A stretch of DNA of 64,000 bases from Salpingoeca rosetta (Eukaryota; Protista; Choanoflagellata). A program made the translations under genes and the position numbers. The stretch lies in the NCBI GenBank assembly GCA_033442325.1, contig JAWQFM010000006.1, forward strand, positions 1,193,124 to 1,257,123, given 5' to 3'. The first letter of the stretch is position 1, and every line of letters starts with the position of its first letter. Below, piece by piece: positions 33,843 to 52,638 of the stretch. The notes below the pieces were generated by a model, which was not told the origin of the DNA, did not search any database, and was given only the letters and a program-made list of their open reading frames with translations.

Positions 33843-34314
33843 CACACACCTGAAAGTTGGGAGCAGTTGGGTCGAAGCCGGAATCAAACACGACGCGAGC
33901 AGGGTCGTTTGGATTGTATGGATTCACACCAGACAGGTCGACGACTTCAAGGCCTATATAGGTGTACAAGCATGCGCGCGCGTGTGTGTGTAACCATCAG
34001 CATGCGTGTGTGGTCTCGCGTCAGAGCCAAGCGTGTTGTGAGCACTGTCCTCTGCACACGCATGCCAGCGGTGCACTCACCATACATGACAACAATCTGT
34101 GGAACGAGGTCAGTCCGCGCAAAATCGCTGTTCAGCATGTCAAAGGCCTGTTGTAGCTTGTCGCTGCTTGGCAACCATTGTGTTGGCTCGCTGCCAAGGA
34201 TGGGCGCATATGCAAGCATACGTAGGCGTCGTTGAACACATCCACGCAGCCTCGTTGAGTGCACACGAAAGCAGCAGCAGCACACGTGGACAGAACACTG
34301 CAAATTCATGACCA

Positions 34315-34356
<42 letters not shown>

Positions 34357-35183
34357 AAACACGGAGAGAGCCAAACGGATCAACGCAGCATCGGAGACAT
34401 ACGTTGCGGCCTTGAGTTCGGATGCAAAGTAGATGCTGACGCCAAACCAAATGGCAAACACAGCGACCAAATGCCACCGCTGTACAGGTAAGGAGAGAGA
34501 ATGGTGTGTGAAAATGAGAGTGAGAGTGAGTGAGCGTGAGTGTGCGAGTCATGGTTTGTGTCGTGGTAGCTGGCACGAAGGAACATTGAAGAGCCAATAG
34601 GACACAGCTACAACGGATAAATGCAACCATGGCAAAGACCATGCTTGCGGCATGTCATGATTGCATCATGTCAATACGCACGCGCTTGTGAATGAAGGGG
34701 GCGTAGGACTTGTAGAAGAACCGCTCCAGTGCACGATACTCGTTGATGTTGTGGTGTTGGCCAACAACTTTGTTGCTGGTCACTTCCTGTGCTTGATCTC
34801 CGCCTACAAGTAGCAACCAGCATCGAAGTACAACAACATGAGGAATAGGGTGCTGTGCAGAAGATGTACGTGGAACGATGTGCAGAGGCAAGGGCTTGCG
34901 CAATTACCGAAGGACGACGATGCTTCAAGCTTCTTCTTGTCTTTGTTTGAGCAGCGCCGAAGCCACGGGTAGCGGAAATGACGAATGAAGCAGTGATGTG
35001 TCACCACCACAAACGGGAAGTACGTGATGACCAGAATGAAGTTGAAGAGAATCTGTAACGAAACGTATGTGTATGTATGTGTGTGTGTGTGTGAGTGTGT
35101 GTGTGTGTGTGTGTGTGAGCGACAACGCAGCATTCATGATAGACACTGCTTGCGGGCTTGTGCACCTTGCCGGCACGTCATGC

Positions 35184-35219
<36 letters not shown>

Positions 35220-37074
35220 ATGAGTCCGGTAAAGGCGCCAAAGATCTGGATGGCCGGGACGGATGAGGAGAGATTCATGACAAAGGCGGCGCCCGTGGTG
35301 AGCGACGTAATCAGCATCGCCTCGGATGACCGCGTGTATGTCCACACGAGTCGCTCCTGTCAAGGTGTCACAAAGAGAGAGGGGAAGGTGTGTTGTTGGT
35401 GGGAGAGAGGAAAGAGGTAACGGCATAGCAATGGTGGAGGGAGCGTGTGAGGACCTTGACAGACACAATAAGGAATGGACAAACCTGCCAGTGATCAATC
35501 ACGTACTCATCCACTCGCTCACCCCCGCTACCACTGCTCTCCACTGCAAGTATGCGGCCAGTACCGTGAGCCACTGGAGATTGTCCTCTGTTATCTCCGC
35601 ATCTCGACTGGGGGCGTTGCGACGCAGGCGCCCGTCTTTAACGGTGGTAATGATGCCTTTGGTGTGAGCAAGGGGTGAAACAAAGTGTGGTGATATGTGG
35701 AGAGAATGCATGCGGTAGTTCAAGCAAGCGTTACAACAGCATCGTGCGGGCGATTCTGTGGTGCATGTCAGCGCTCACCTGGGCCGGGCACTTCCAGCTC
35801 ACTCTGCCGCCACGTGTCGACAAAGATGAAGATGTCATCAGCGCCAATACCCTGCAGAGCGCAATGCATCGCAACGCGTTGAGGGACGCATTGGATGGTG
35901 TTGTGAGGCCAACCCAAGACCTCAAGGCAAACGAACGAACGACAGAGCAGCGGCAGCGAACGCGAGTGAAACAAGCACGCATACCAGGCAAGGCGAACAG
36001 CATTTGCTTACGCACCAAGATGATGAAGAGAGACATGAGGTTGAGAAGCCCCATGGCGCCAAAGTCCATGGCCGCTTGCGTGAAGAGATACGCGATGGGA
36101 AAGCTCAGGAGCACGTGCAGCATACCTGTTTTGGGTGGTGGATGCAGATCGGCAGGTAGTATGAGTTGCGTTAGCTTACGAGGAAGATGAGCTTGAAGGC
36201 ACAACAGTGCAACCAGCGCGTACGCTCCCGCGCAGGAACAGGTGCCGGTGTAGAAGGCAGTAGTGTTGCATACACAAGTGTTCACACACACACACACACA
36301 CACACACACATTTAGGCACGCACCCATGCCGGAAATGAAGAATGAGTTGACGTGAAAGGCCATGTAGAGATAGACGACGACAATGCTGATGGAGACGAGT
36401 GCCGTGTCCGTGATGACCAAATTCCAGAAGTACTCTTCAATCTGAACAAGCAGCAGAAGAGAACACGTCAACCAAGTAGGCTTCAGGCCACCAAGTACGA
36501 GCTCAACGTGTGCAAAGATGGTGATAGGCATCACCCAGCAGCACAAGTCAGCGCTACGCTGGACCAATCACAGCAACGTGCAGGGAGACACGCACCAGAA
36601 TATCACTGAGGATGGTGGTGGTGATGCCCTCCGCTTTCTTGAAGGGGCGGAGTGCTGGTGGCACGCGCTTGACAAACGATTCAACGACGGAAATCTGCTC
36701 CTCAAATCTTCCCGTACAGCGCAGGAAAAGAATGTGTGCACAAGTTGGTAACATAGTGTGAGTTGGCTTCCGGGGAGGGCATGTGTGTATGAGCGTGAGC
36801 GTGTCATGGTACCGTGGATGCTTATACCTGTCGTCCGGGCTTTCGAATCCGGCCAATGGAAGGCCGAAGAATGTCAGCGACTGCCATCAAGAAATGGGAA
36901 GGATGAGTCGCGTGAAGGGCGATGACAAGGAAGCATATCCATTCAACATTCAAAGACAAACTTCAATCGAAACACAGACACCCACCCACACCCACCCACA
37001 CCCACCCACCCACACACACACCCACCCACACACACACCACCACACACACACACACACACCCCCACCCACACACA

Positions 37075-37105
<31 letters not shown>

Positions 37106-38165
37106 CCCACACACACCCACACACACACACACAAACGAACAAACAAACAAACACACACGCACACACACCGTCGAGACGTGTGATGTGAGGTCTGGGGTGA
37201 GAGAGGCGTTGTTGTCTGGGAAACCAAACGTGTCAGCGACAGCAAAGTCGATCGCTGACGGTGACGGGTCGAAACAGTTTGCGTAGCAGTCACCCGCTGT
37301 GGGGTAGCAGAAGGCCGGTAAGGATGCGTCTGTGCTCACGTTGCGTGGCGTGATGAGAGCCAGCAACACGTCGTCGACGGACGCAAACGGGCTGAATATT
37401 AGGGCGGGGGGAGGGAGTGGAAGTAGGGAGAGGAGAATACGTGGGAGGTTAGTACGATCAAGAGAGAGAGTGAGTGTGTGTGTGTGTGTGTGTGAGGGGC
37501 GGGAGGAGATGGCTGGCGGATGAAGGACGAGCAACGTCACGCAGGCAAGCAAAAACGTTTTCAAGCACAAGCAGATGCACGCACATGTCTGTGTTGTTTC
37601 CATCTGGGCGGTACACATTTGGACAGCCATCAATTTCCGATGCAAAGAAGAACCGGGTCACAGACTGCGGCTGCGAGCATTCCTGTGCAAAGAAGTGCAT
37701 GCAGACGTGTGCACACATGATGTTTGTGTGAGGTTGCAGCTGAAGTGCTTGAGCTGAACCAAACTGAGGGAATGGAATGAAAAAGTCGCCACACAGCCAC
37801 AGACACACCAACAGACAGACAGACAGACACCCAAGCATACATTGCTGTCCCTGGCACGTGCGCAGACGTCTGTGAAGTCTGGGTTGCCTTGCACGCCTCG
37901 AATGGCCAATTCCATGTTGCGCATGGCGATGATGCGGTCGCGAGTGAAGATGTTGTCGTCATCTGCAACGGAGAACAACAGCTGAATGCTATACTGCACA
38001 TCAGTTTGCTGTGGTACTGTGACAGACGACGTGTTTGAAGGTGCACGGAATCTGCAAGAAAATGTGGTGTGTGATGGTGTGGAGTGAGGCGCAAGCACTG
38101 CCACCGCGCCTGTGTGCCTCTATCTGTGTTACGAGCAAGCAGGCAGCGCCTATTTTCACCAACTA

Positions 38166-38204
<39 letters not shown>

Positions 38205-38706
38205 AACGCACGGGTTGAAGCGGGTGATTTCCTCGGCGAGGACGCGCGTCTCCTCTAGCCTCCCAATGCGGGATGTTCGGGGGATAAATGTCGTTGTGGT
38301 CGTGTCGATGTCAAAGGGGAAGGCAGCAAATGCAACTGGCAAGCCACAACACACGGGCACATTGCATGCAGGGAGATGGAGTGATGAGCGCGGGCTTATT
38401 GTGCATGAGCCATTGAACGCCTTACACGTCACAGGTTGCAGCATTCTCTGTTGGGCCTGCAAGCAAAGAGTGCACCTGTAAGTTCGGTTTACGTATGATC
38501 AAGCGCTTACTTCCAGAGAGAACGAGGGCAACGAGGAGAAGAGCGGCAGTTCCCAAGCGGGGGTGCGCAATCACGCCACGGCAGTACCAATGGATCTTCT
38601 CGCTCACTACGCGCGACCAGGCAGAGTGTGCAGAGATGAGCGACAAGTGCGTGTGGGCGTGCGTGTATGTGTGCGTACGTGTATGTGTGCGTGCGTGTAT
38701 GTGTTA

Positions 38707-38739
<33 letters not shown>

Positions 38740-38803
38740 ACATGCGCATGTGCGTGTGTGTGTGTGTGTGTCGTGTGTGTGTGTGTGTGCGTGTGTGTGC
38801 GTG

Positions 38804-38852
<49 letters not shown>

Positions 38853-39009
38853 AAAAGCAAGCCACCAGCAGCAACAGCTCGTGATCTCACACTCTCCCCG
38901 TCAACAAACAAAACACAAACGTACACCAAAGCTGGAGCTTGGACTGCTTTCTCTTTGGCTGGGTGGTTGGCGTCAACCGCTCTGCGGAGACGTCCATCTG
39001 TATCGCCAT
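31528..39009 (-). CDS. Dispatched-like (DISP/PTCHD2-type) RND-family sterol-sensing-domain membrane protein
   Basis: Start [12 protein letters not shown]... (ATG 39009); TM1 [20 protein letters not shown]; SSD with [21 protein letters not shown] and [22 protein letters not shown]; second half [17 protein letters not shown]...[16 protein letters not shown]...FFFKFG; stop 31528-31530. Confidence 0.92.
32805..32920. repeat. (AAC)n microsatellite, intronic in Dispatched-like gene
   Basis: Direct reading. Confidence 0.9.
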
Positions 39010-39300
39010 TGCTGCTGCTGCTGCTCGTTGTCGTTGTCGTTGGCAGCAGTCCAATCAATCCAAGCGTGGGGATGTGGTGGGGAATGTCTCGCATTTCTCT
39101 TCTTGAGAGCTGCAACCGCTGGCTGTCCGTTTTTCGCGAACAACGACCGCCGAAAATCTTTCTACGTTTTCTACAAATGCTCACAATCGCGTCATATCTC
39201 TCGGAGGTTTGCCCAATTCACGAGTGCTCCTTGTTCCACGTGGTGAGAGTGCGGCAGTGCTGAGTGTGATGCGTGTGTGTGTGTGTAGGATGCGCGTTTA

Positions 39301-44851
<5,551 letters not shown>

Positions 44852-44904
44852 GCAGCAATAGCAATGCACAAGAAACCAAGTGGTACGTGAGTGACGATGG
44901 AGAT

Positions 44905-45064
44905 GTCCAATGAGAGAGACAGAGACAGAGAGACAGAGACAGAGAGAGAGAGACAGAGAGAGAGAGACAGAGAGAGACAGAGAGAGACAGACAGAGACAG
45001 AGACAGAGAGAGACAGAGAGAGACAGAGAGAGACAGAGAGAGAGAGAGACAGAGAGAGAGAGAC

Positions 45065-45119
<55 letters not shown>

Positions 45120-45204
45120 CAGAGAGAGAGAGACAGAGAGAGAGAGACAGAGAGAGACAGAGAGAGACAGACAGAGACAGAGACAGAGAGAGACAGAGAG
45201 AGAC

Positions 45205-45275
<71 letters not shown>

Positions 45276-45288
45276 GACAGAGAGAGAC

Positions 45289-45387
<99 letters not shown>

Positions 45388-45398
45388 GACAGAGAGAG
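44905..45398. repeat. Compound (GA)/(GAGACA) microsatellite with 180-bp higher-order duplication
   Basis: 44941-45000 is identical to 45121-45180; runs into the gap. Confidence 0.9.
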
Positions 45399-46252
45399 NN
45401 NNNNNNNNNNNNNNNNNNNNNNNNNNNNNNNNNNNNNNNNNNNNNNNNNNNNNNNNNNNNNNNNNNNNNNNNNNNNNNNNNNNNNNNNNNNNNNNNNNNN
45501 NNNNNNNNNNNNNNNNNNNNNNNNNNNNNNNNNNNNNNNNNNNNNNNNNNNNNNNNNNNNNNNNNNNNNNNNNNNNNNNNNNNNNNNNNNNNNNNNNNNN
45601 NNNNNNNNNNNNNNNNNNNNNNNNNNNNNNNNNNNNNNNNNNNNNNNNNNNNNNNNNNNNNNNNNNNNNNNNNNNNNNNNNNNNNNNNNNNNNNNNNNNN
45701 NNNNNNNNNNNNNNNNNNNNNNNNNNNNNNNNNNNNNNNNNNNNNNNNNNNNNNNNNNNNNNNNNNNNNNNNNNNNNNNNNNNNNNNNNNNNNNNNNNNN
45801 NNNNNNNNNNNNNNNNNNNNNNNNNNNNNNNNNNNNNNNNNNNNNNNNNNNNNNNNNNNNNNNNNNNNNNNNNNNNNNNNNNNNNNNNNNNNNNNNNNNN
45901 NNNNNNNNNNNNNNNNNNNNNNNNNNNNNNNNNNNNNNNNNNNNNNNNNNNNNNNNNNNNNNNNNNNNNNNNNNNNNNNNNNNNNNNNNNNNNNNNNNNN
46001 NNNNNNNNNNNNNNNNNNNNNNNNNNNNNNNNNNNNNNNNNNNNNNNNNNNNNNNNNNNNNNNNNNNNNNNNNNNNNNNNNNNNNNNNNNNNNNNNNNNN
46101 NNNNNNNNNNNNNNNNNNNNNNNNNNNNNNNNNNNNNNNNNNNNNNNNNNNNNNNNNNNNNNNNNNNNNNNNNNNNNNNNNNNNNNNNNNNNNNNNNNNN
46201 NNNNNNNNNNNNNNNNNNNNNNNNNNNNNNNNNNNNNNNNNNNNNNNNNNNN
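45399..46252. other. Assembly gap (N run)
   Basis: N bases; hides the transposon 5' end and possibly DHX35 exon 1. Confidence 1.
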
Positions 46253-47546
46253 GCCACGCGGGACCAAGACGACGAAGTTCAAGCGCACTGAGGCATTGCG
46301 TGTGAAGCTGCAGAACTGGTTGTACGAGCGCACTGTCAAGGGCAACCGAACTGTGGCAAAGGACGTGCTCGGCTTCTTCTGCTCCTCCGGTGTGCTGCCG
46401 ATGTACTCTGATCCCACTTCGAAAGCGAACGCCCTGAGAGCTGTGCAACGATACCTGGAGTCCCTTGGCTACGAGAGAGGTCAGCGAGGCGGTTGCACCA
46501 CCTACATGGAGAAGGAGGAGGTGCTGATCAAACGAGACGCGTACATCACCCAGATGATCAAGGCCCGACAGCAGCGGCGACGCATTGTCTACCTCGACGA
46601 GAGCTACATACACCACCACTACCGCCGGCATGATGAGTCGCTGTACGACCCCGGTGATAACCGCCTGCTCCCCAAGCAAAAGCACAAAGGCCGGCGCTTC
46701 TGTTTCATCGCGGCAATCATCTCAAGCGACCCTGCAGTACCAGAAGCAGAGCGATCCGAGGAACATCGTGCACAGCTGTTACCCGAGACGCTGGACATCT
46801 TTGAGGGGGGCAAGAAGCAGAGTGGCAAGGCGCAGACCAAAGACTACCATGGCATGTTTGACAGTGCGTACTTTGAGCGCTGGATGCAGACGCTGCTCGC
46901 CACGCTCGACGCCCGTGGCATCAAAAACACCATCATTGTCATGGACAACGCCAAGTACCACAAGTCACTCCCAGCGGACACGCCCAAGCAATCATGGAAG
47001 AAGGCAGCCATGGTCGAGGCCTGCACGGCGCGCGGCCTGCCAGTATCCGACACCGACACTCGGGCCTTGCTGTGGGCCAGGCTGCGCGACCACATTGCAC
47101 AAACAGTCAAGCCCGTCGTCGTGCAAATGGCAGAGGACGCTGGGCACGAGGTGCTGTGGACACCGCCGCATTACTCCGACCTTCAGCCCATCGAGATTGT
47201 TTGGGCAAACGTGAAAGGAGACGTTGGTCGACAGTACAACTACGACACAACGTTCAAGGACGTGCGCCAGCGGTTGGACGAGGCGTTTGCAACCCTGACA
47301 CCGAAGACAGTTGAGGGATGCATTGCAAAAGCAAATGCTCGGCTGGATGAGCTTTACAGGCAGATCACGAGCCTCGATGAGGTGGATGAGGAGGCAATCG
47401 ATGATGGGGTGTTCGATGACGAGCAGTGTGATGATGATGATGAGAATATGGAAGAGGTCGATGTTGTGAACGAGGACAAAGACAAGGACAGTGACGAGGA
47501 CAGTGACGAGGACGACGATGAGGGTGAACATGAAGACGAGGATTAG
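46253..47546 (+). mobile_element. IS630/Tc1/mariner DNA transposase, DD82E (Sailor-type), N-terminus in gap
   Basis: Intronless open frame: IVYLDESY (D1), KGRRFCFIAAI, KDYHGMFD, IIVMDNAKYH (D2), LWTPPHYSDLQPIE.VWA.VK (E). 82 residues counted between D2 and E; acidic C-terminal tail; stop ends at 47546. TIRs not identifiable. Confidence 0.92.
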
Positions 47547-47689
47547 TGTGAGTGGTTTGCCTGTTGTGTGGTTCATTGTGACTTGGTGGGTGGATGTGGG
47601 GTGGGGTGCCGTAGTCAATTGTGCTGAGGGAAAGGGGGTTTTTAGCGTGTTCTCTGTGGTCGAGAACGGCGAAATAAATCGTCAAACAC

Positions 47690-48107
47690 GTTAATGTGAT
47701 TTTCCGCTCACTGATGTCATCCTCTGTGAGTTCAGTTTTCGTGTTGCAGGAGGCATGAGACGATGCCCTGTGTGCGTGGGTGGGGTTGCTTGTGCTTGTG
47801 GCCTTGCAGGACGGGCCAGCACGTGTTCTTTGGAGAGCCGGCGTACCTGAACACAGCTGCAACACAGCCCTAGAGGCGGAAGAATATAGCACAAGGTGTG
47901 AGCTGTGGCCGTTGAGGGAGCATTGCCGCTCGCCGAGCACAGGTGGACGGAGCAGCTCACAGCTCACACACAGACACATGATGATACACACAGACACACA
48001 AACACACACACACACACACACAGACACACAAACACACACACACACACACAGACACACAAACACACATACACACACAGACACACAGACACACAAACACACA
48101 CACATAC

Positions 48108-48155
<48 letters not shown>

Positions 48156-48216
48156 CACAACACACACACAGCCACACACACACACACACACACACACACA
48201 ACACACACACACACAG

Positions 48217-48274
<58 letters not shown>

Positions 48275-48665
48275 GAAGCACGTACATCGTATGCAGCGCA
48301 CATGCCGCAACACTGGGAGCGGGATGTGGTGGGCCAACTCCAGGGCGCGTGATCATAGTCGACCGAGTCCTGGAACGTACAGCTAGCAATCAAGCAGCAC
48401 ACAAGCAAGCACCCACCGCTGTGAGCACATGCACTGCGTGTATGCAGATGCAAACACGACACATGGATCGCGGAGCAACAGAGCAACGAGGAACGTCAGC
48501 TGTTACTTTGCATGCGGCTCGGGTGTGGGTGGTGCCTGCGTTACAATCTGGCCAGCAGCCTTCAGCTCCTTCGATAATGTCTTCACATTAATGTCCTGGG
48601 AGAGAGAGTGTGTGTTTGTGTTTGGGGGGGGGGGAGTGTGTGCGTGTGAGAGAAAGGCACCCAAA

Positions 48666-48712
<47 letters not shown>

Positions 48713-50119
48713 CTGTACTGGGGCTGGGATGGCCACTTGAATGCCAATGGCGGCAGCAGTGCCTGCTGCCTGACCCATAATCATAAACTGGGGCTCCATC
48801 CGCAAGGTCCCGTAACCCTGAACAACGAAGGCCAACGACACAAAGAGAACAAGGAGAGAGATGTGTGTGTGTGTGAGTATTTGTTTGTGTGTGAGTATTT
48901 GTTTGTGTGTGTGTGTGTGTGTTTGCTTGTGTGTGTGTGTGTGTGTGTGTGTTGGTTTTGTGTGTGTTTGTTGTTGTGTGTGTGTGTTTGTTCGTTTGTT
49001 TTTGTATGTGTGTATGTGTGTGCAATGGTGTTGCGAGGAGGATGTCATGCACTGGCAAGAATAATGTTGTCACAGCTTCATGGACATGACTCGAACCGTA
49101 CCACGTGCGAGGCTGAAACGGCCACAGGGACCAGGAGATTGGTGGCCTGTGACTTGCGTGGCAGCAGCGCGCCATACGGTATTTGGTAGTGGTAGCCTGG
49201 GTTCTGCTCCACATCCCCTTCGTTCCAAGCGTACGGCAGCGAAAACGCAGTGCACGCAGTCTTGTTCGTGCATGCGTATCTGATTATGCACGCAGGAGGA
49301 GATTGCAGCACGTGGGATCAGTATGCTGGGAAGCCACAGCCGAGATTCAACGACAGTTGTAACATCCCGCATCCCACATCGCCAACACACACACACACAC
49401 ACACCGCTGGGCATTGTGCATGTCGTAGTTGTAGGATCCCATGCCTATGGAGGCGGCACCAATGTCGTGTTCACGTTGGCGCTCCACAAGTGACTGCGTA
49501 AACACCAAATCGCCTTGAAGCATGCGCGCGGTCATCCTCAAGTAAGATTGATAGCCAGAGCCGTACTCGACGACATACACACACAAACACACACAAACAC
49601 ACACACAGACACACAGACAGACACACACCACTGTTGCCTTGCAATACCTTGCATGCGTCGGCCTTCCCGCACGTATAAGATCGGGGGCCAGTGATCATAC
49701 GCCTCAAATTCGTCCTTGCATAGACCTGTACACCCGCCAACATCAGCAGCAACAAGCGCCTGGTAAACCATGGCACAGGCAGGCAGCGACACGACACTAA
49801 CGCCGCCCTCAAACAACGCAACTGTTGCGGTTGGAAAGCAGTTCGTGGTTGATCGCACCCCAGTTTCTCATTGCATCATGGACGCTCTCGTTGAGGGCGG
49901 GGTCCTGCAGAACAGCAGCACACATCACGTGCAACGAGTTGCATATTGGAACAACAAACCGCACAAAGAATGGTGAAAGTCGCGAGAACAAAAGTGTTCG
50001 TGGTCATTCGCGCAGCTCAAGTGGACAGAGCAGTTTTGCACCATTCATCTCACCTGAGAGAGAAACCACAACAGGCCCTGCGTGTACTCCTTGTGTGCCT
50101 GCCATATGATCTCCCTTCA

Positions 50120-50177
<58 letters not shown>

Positions 50178-51103
50178 GAATGTTGTTGTTGTTGTTGTTG
50201 TTGTTGAATGTTGTTGAATGTTGTTGTTGTTGAATGGTGATGTCGTCGTACAGTGTCCACACACATGCTGGGGCGGACATGAGCATGCGGACAGCAGAGG
50301 GTTCACAAACATGCAAGGAAAAATGCCTACCGCTGCTTCGGCGTTGCTGTTGGCCAGTCCTGCGACCCCCCGATGAAATCGGTGGAGATGGGCCCGTCGT
50401 TGTTCATGTCAAACTTCCCGTTTGGCAGCGGGCCAAGGTTACCTGAGGGAAGGCGCGACGCAGGCGGCACCGCTGCCGTAAACAGTCTGGCATGCCACAC
50501 ACGCGTCGGTCGTGGCAGGCGTCAGGTTAGCGGAGAAGCAAGCTCCCATGACACGCCCTGTTTTGCGGTTTCAGATGCAGAAGACATACACTCAAGGCGG
50601 TGGCACAACACGCCAGCAATGGACATGCGAAAGCACACCTTCGGGCCAGTTCCCATGCGCTTGCGTTGTAGTTGGGTGGTTTGGCGAATGGAACCCTGTT
50701 GGTCTTGTCTTGCGTAACGCACAATCGAAAGTTGTACGACTGCACGCGCCCATCACCATCACCAACCTGCACGAAACCAACCGCACATGTAAATGCACAT
50801 GCCCATGAAGCAATGGAAAATCAGGCCCATTCTACTCAGGCGCATGTGGACTCCAAGAGAAAAGAAAACTCGACAGGAGTACGCCAGAGCAGGGGTTGCA
50901 GCTCACCTTCTCCTTTGGCTGCGGGGATACGAGGGGTAGGAGATTGCCGTGCGCGTCAAAGGGGTCGACCGCAACGCCAAACTCGTGGCCCATAGCACGA
51001 CCTGCGCAAGGCAGGATGCAGTGCACGGCGTGGATGATGTCGATCATCGGCAATGGCGCACACGCAACAAATTTTGCCGTTGCAGGCCACACATCACATC
51101 ACA

Positions 51104-51152
<49 letters not shown>

Positions 51153-52638
51153 AACACACACACACATCACATCACACACACACACACACGCACGCAGACC
51201 TCTGAAGCCAGCAAGGGACTCGTTGTACTGCTGTTGTCCTTCCTAGTTACAGCAATGTCGGGGAGAGGGAACGTGCGCACAAGTGAGAACACGTGCAAAC
51301 ACGTATGCACGCCAAAACACACACACACACACACACCCGTATACATGCACACGCACATGTCATGAGCAGAGGAAGGTGATCTGTTCACTTGCTCGATGCG
51401 GTGCATGGAGGAAAGGCAGCGTGCAGCAACAGAGGTACGCACGCGGCCGATGGTAAAGGAGACGTTTGCCAAGGGAAGCAGATCTCCCTCGTAGGAGGCG
51501 TCGATGAACCGCTTGGCGATCACAGTCAGGTCTTGGTCAAACTGGAGTGCATGAATCACCGTGGGATCGTCGTCCCGCTTGACTAGTCTCGTCACCTGTG
51601 GATGAGTAGGCAACCTTGGTCAATGAGTGGTTACAACACTTGCGATTGTATCCTACTTGAAAAGACAGCTTTGATCGCAGGAACTGACATGATGGTTGCT
51701 CCAAGTTGTCGCACACACAGAGTGCAGGTGCAGGTGCACGTACGTGTTGATTGAGGACCAGAGTGACGTTCGCGTCGGCCAGCATGTCATGGAAGGTGGC
51801 CTCAGCAACGTGGGGCTCAAAATCATACACGGGTTCGGTGGAGTTGTAACGTGCACCGACACGCCCAAAGAACTCATGCGCCAGCCCTCCAATCACAGAT
51901 GGGTCGCCTATCAAGTGGCGGTGTGAGTGAGTGGGTGAGTGAGCGAGAGAGCGTGTGTGAGTGAGAGAGCGAGAGAGTGAGTGATTGAGTGAGTGCGTGA
52001 GAGAGAGAGTGTGTGTGTGTATGTGTGTGTGTGATTGAGTGAGTGAGTGAGTGAGTGAGTGAGTCAGTCAGTCAGTCAGTCAGTGGGTGCGTGAAACATG
52101 TACCTTTGTCGGTTTTTCCCAGGCCGCTGCTGCACATGCCTCCAATCAGTGTTGTTGCCGAGACCAACGTGACATTGGCTCCGCCGCGTGAGGCTGTGGT
52201 GCGTGTTTGTGGGAGCCGTAGTAGTGCTGAGATTAGTAAATGCGAGTGCAAGCAGAACAACCAGACGAGGGCAGATACAACCAAACCAACTTGTGCACAA
52301 GTGTGACAAGTGTGTGCACAAGTGTGACAAGTGTGCACACAAGTGAACAAGCACAAGCACACAAGCACACACACACACACAAACAAACAAACACACACAC
52401 ACACACACAAACAAACAAACAAACACAAACACACACACACACACATGTACGCACCTGCCACCGCTGCCATGATGCCACCTGGTGTCGATCCGTACACGGC
52501 TACATCAGCGTGGACGACTTGGTGCTGCTGAACGGCCACGAGCGTCGCCTGCACACGCACGCTCAGGCTACCAAGAAGACACACCCCAGCCAACACAGCC
52601 ACTGCAGCTGCTGTCAGCAGCACCGACTTGGCTGTCAT
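47690..52638 (-). CDS. Secreted FAD-dependent oxidoreductase (FAD_oxidored/PF12831-like, bacterial type) with C-terminal PAN/Apple domain
   Basis: Signal peptide MTAKSVLLTAAAVAVLAGVCLL; ADVAVYGSTPGGIMAAVAA; IGGMCSSGLG.TD; FEPHVAE; FIDASYEGDL; VQSYNFRLC; KFDMNN; LYVREGRR; SIGMGSYNYDMH; YQIPYGALLP; SASHV..GTLRMEPQFMIMGQAAGTAA. Extra phase-consistent exons 48286-48382, 47847-47869 and from 47767 encode a Cys-rich PAN-like domain. 3' end uncertain. Confidence 0.88.
50119..50235. repeat. (TTG)n microsatellite, intronic
   Basis: Direct reading; a similar tract lies at 40806-40880. Confidence 0.9.
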
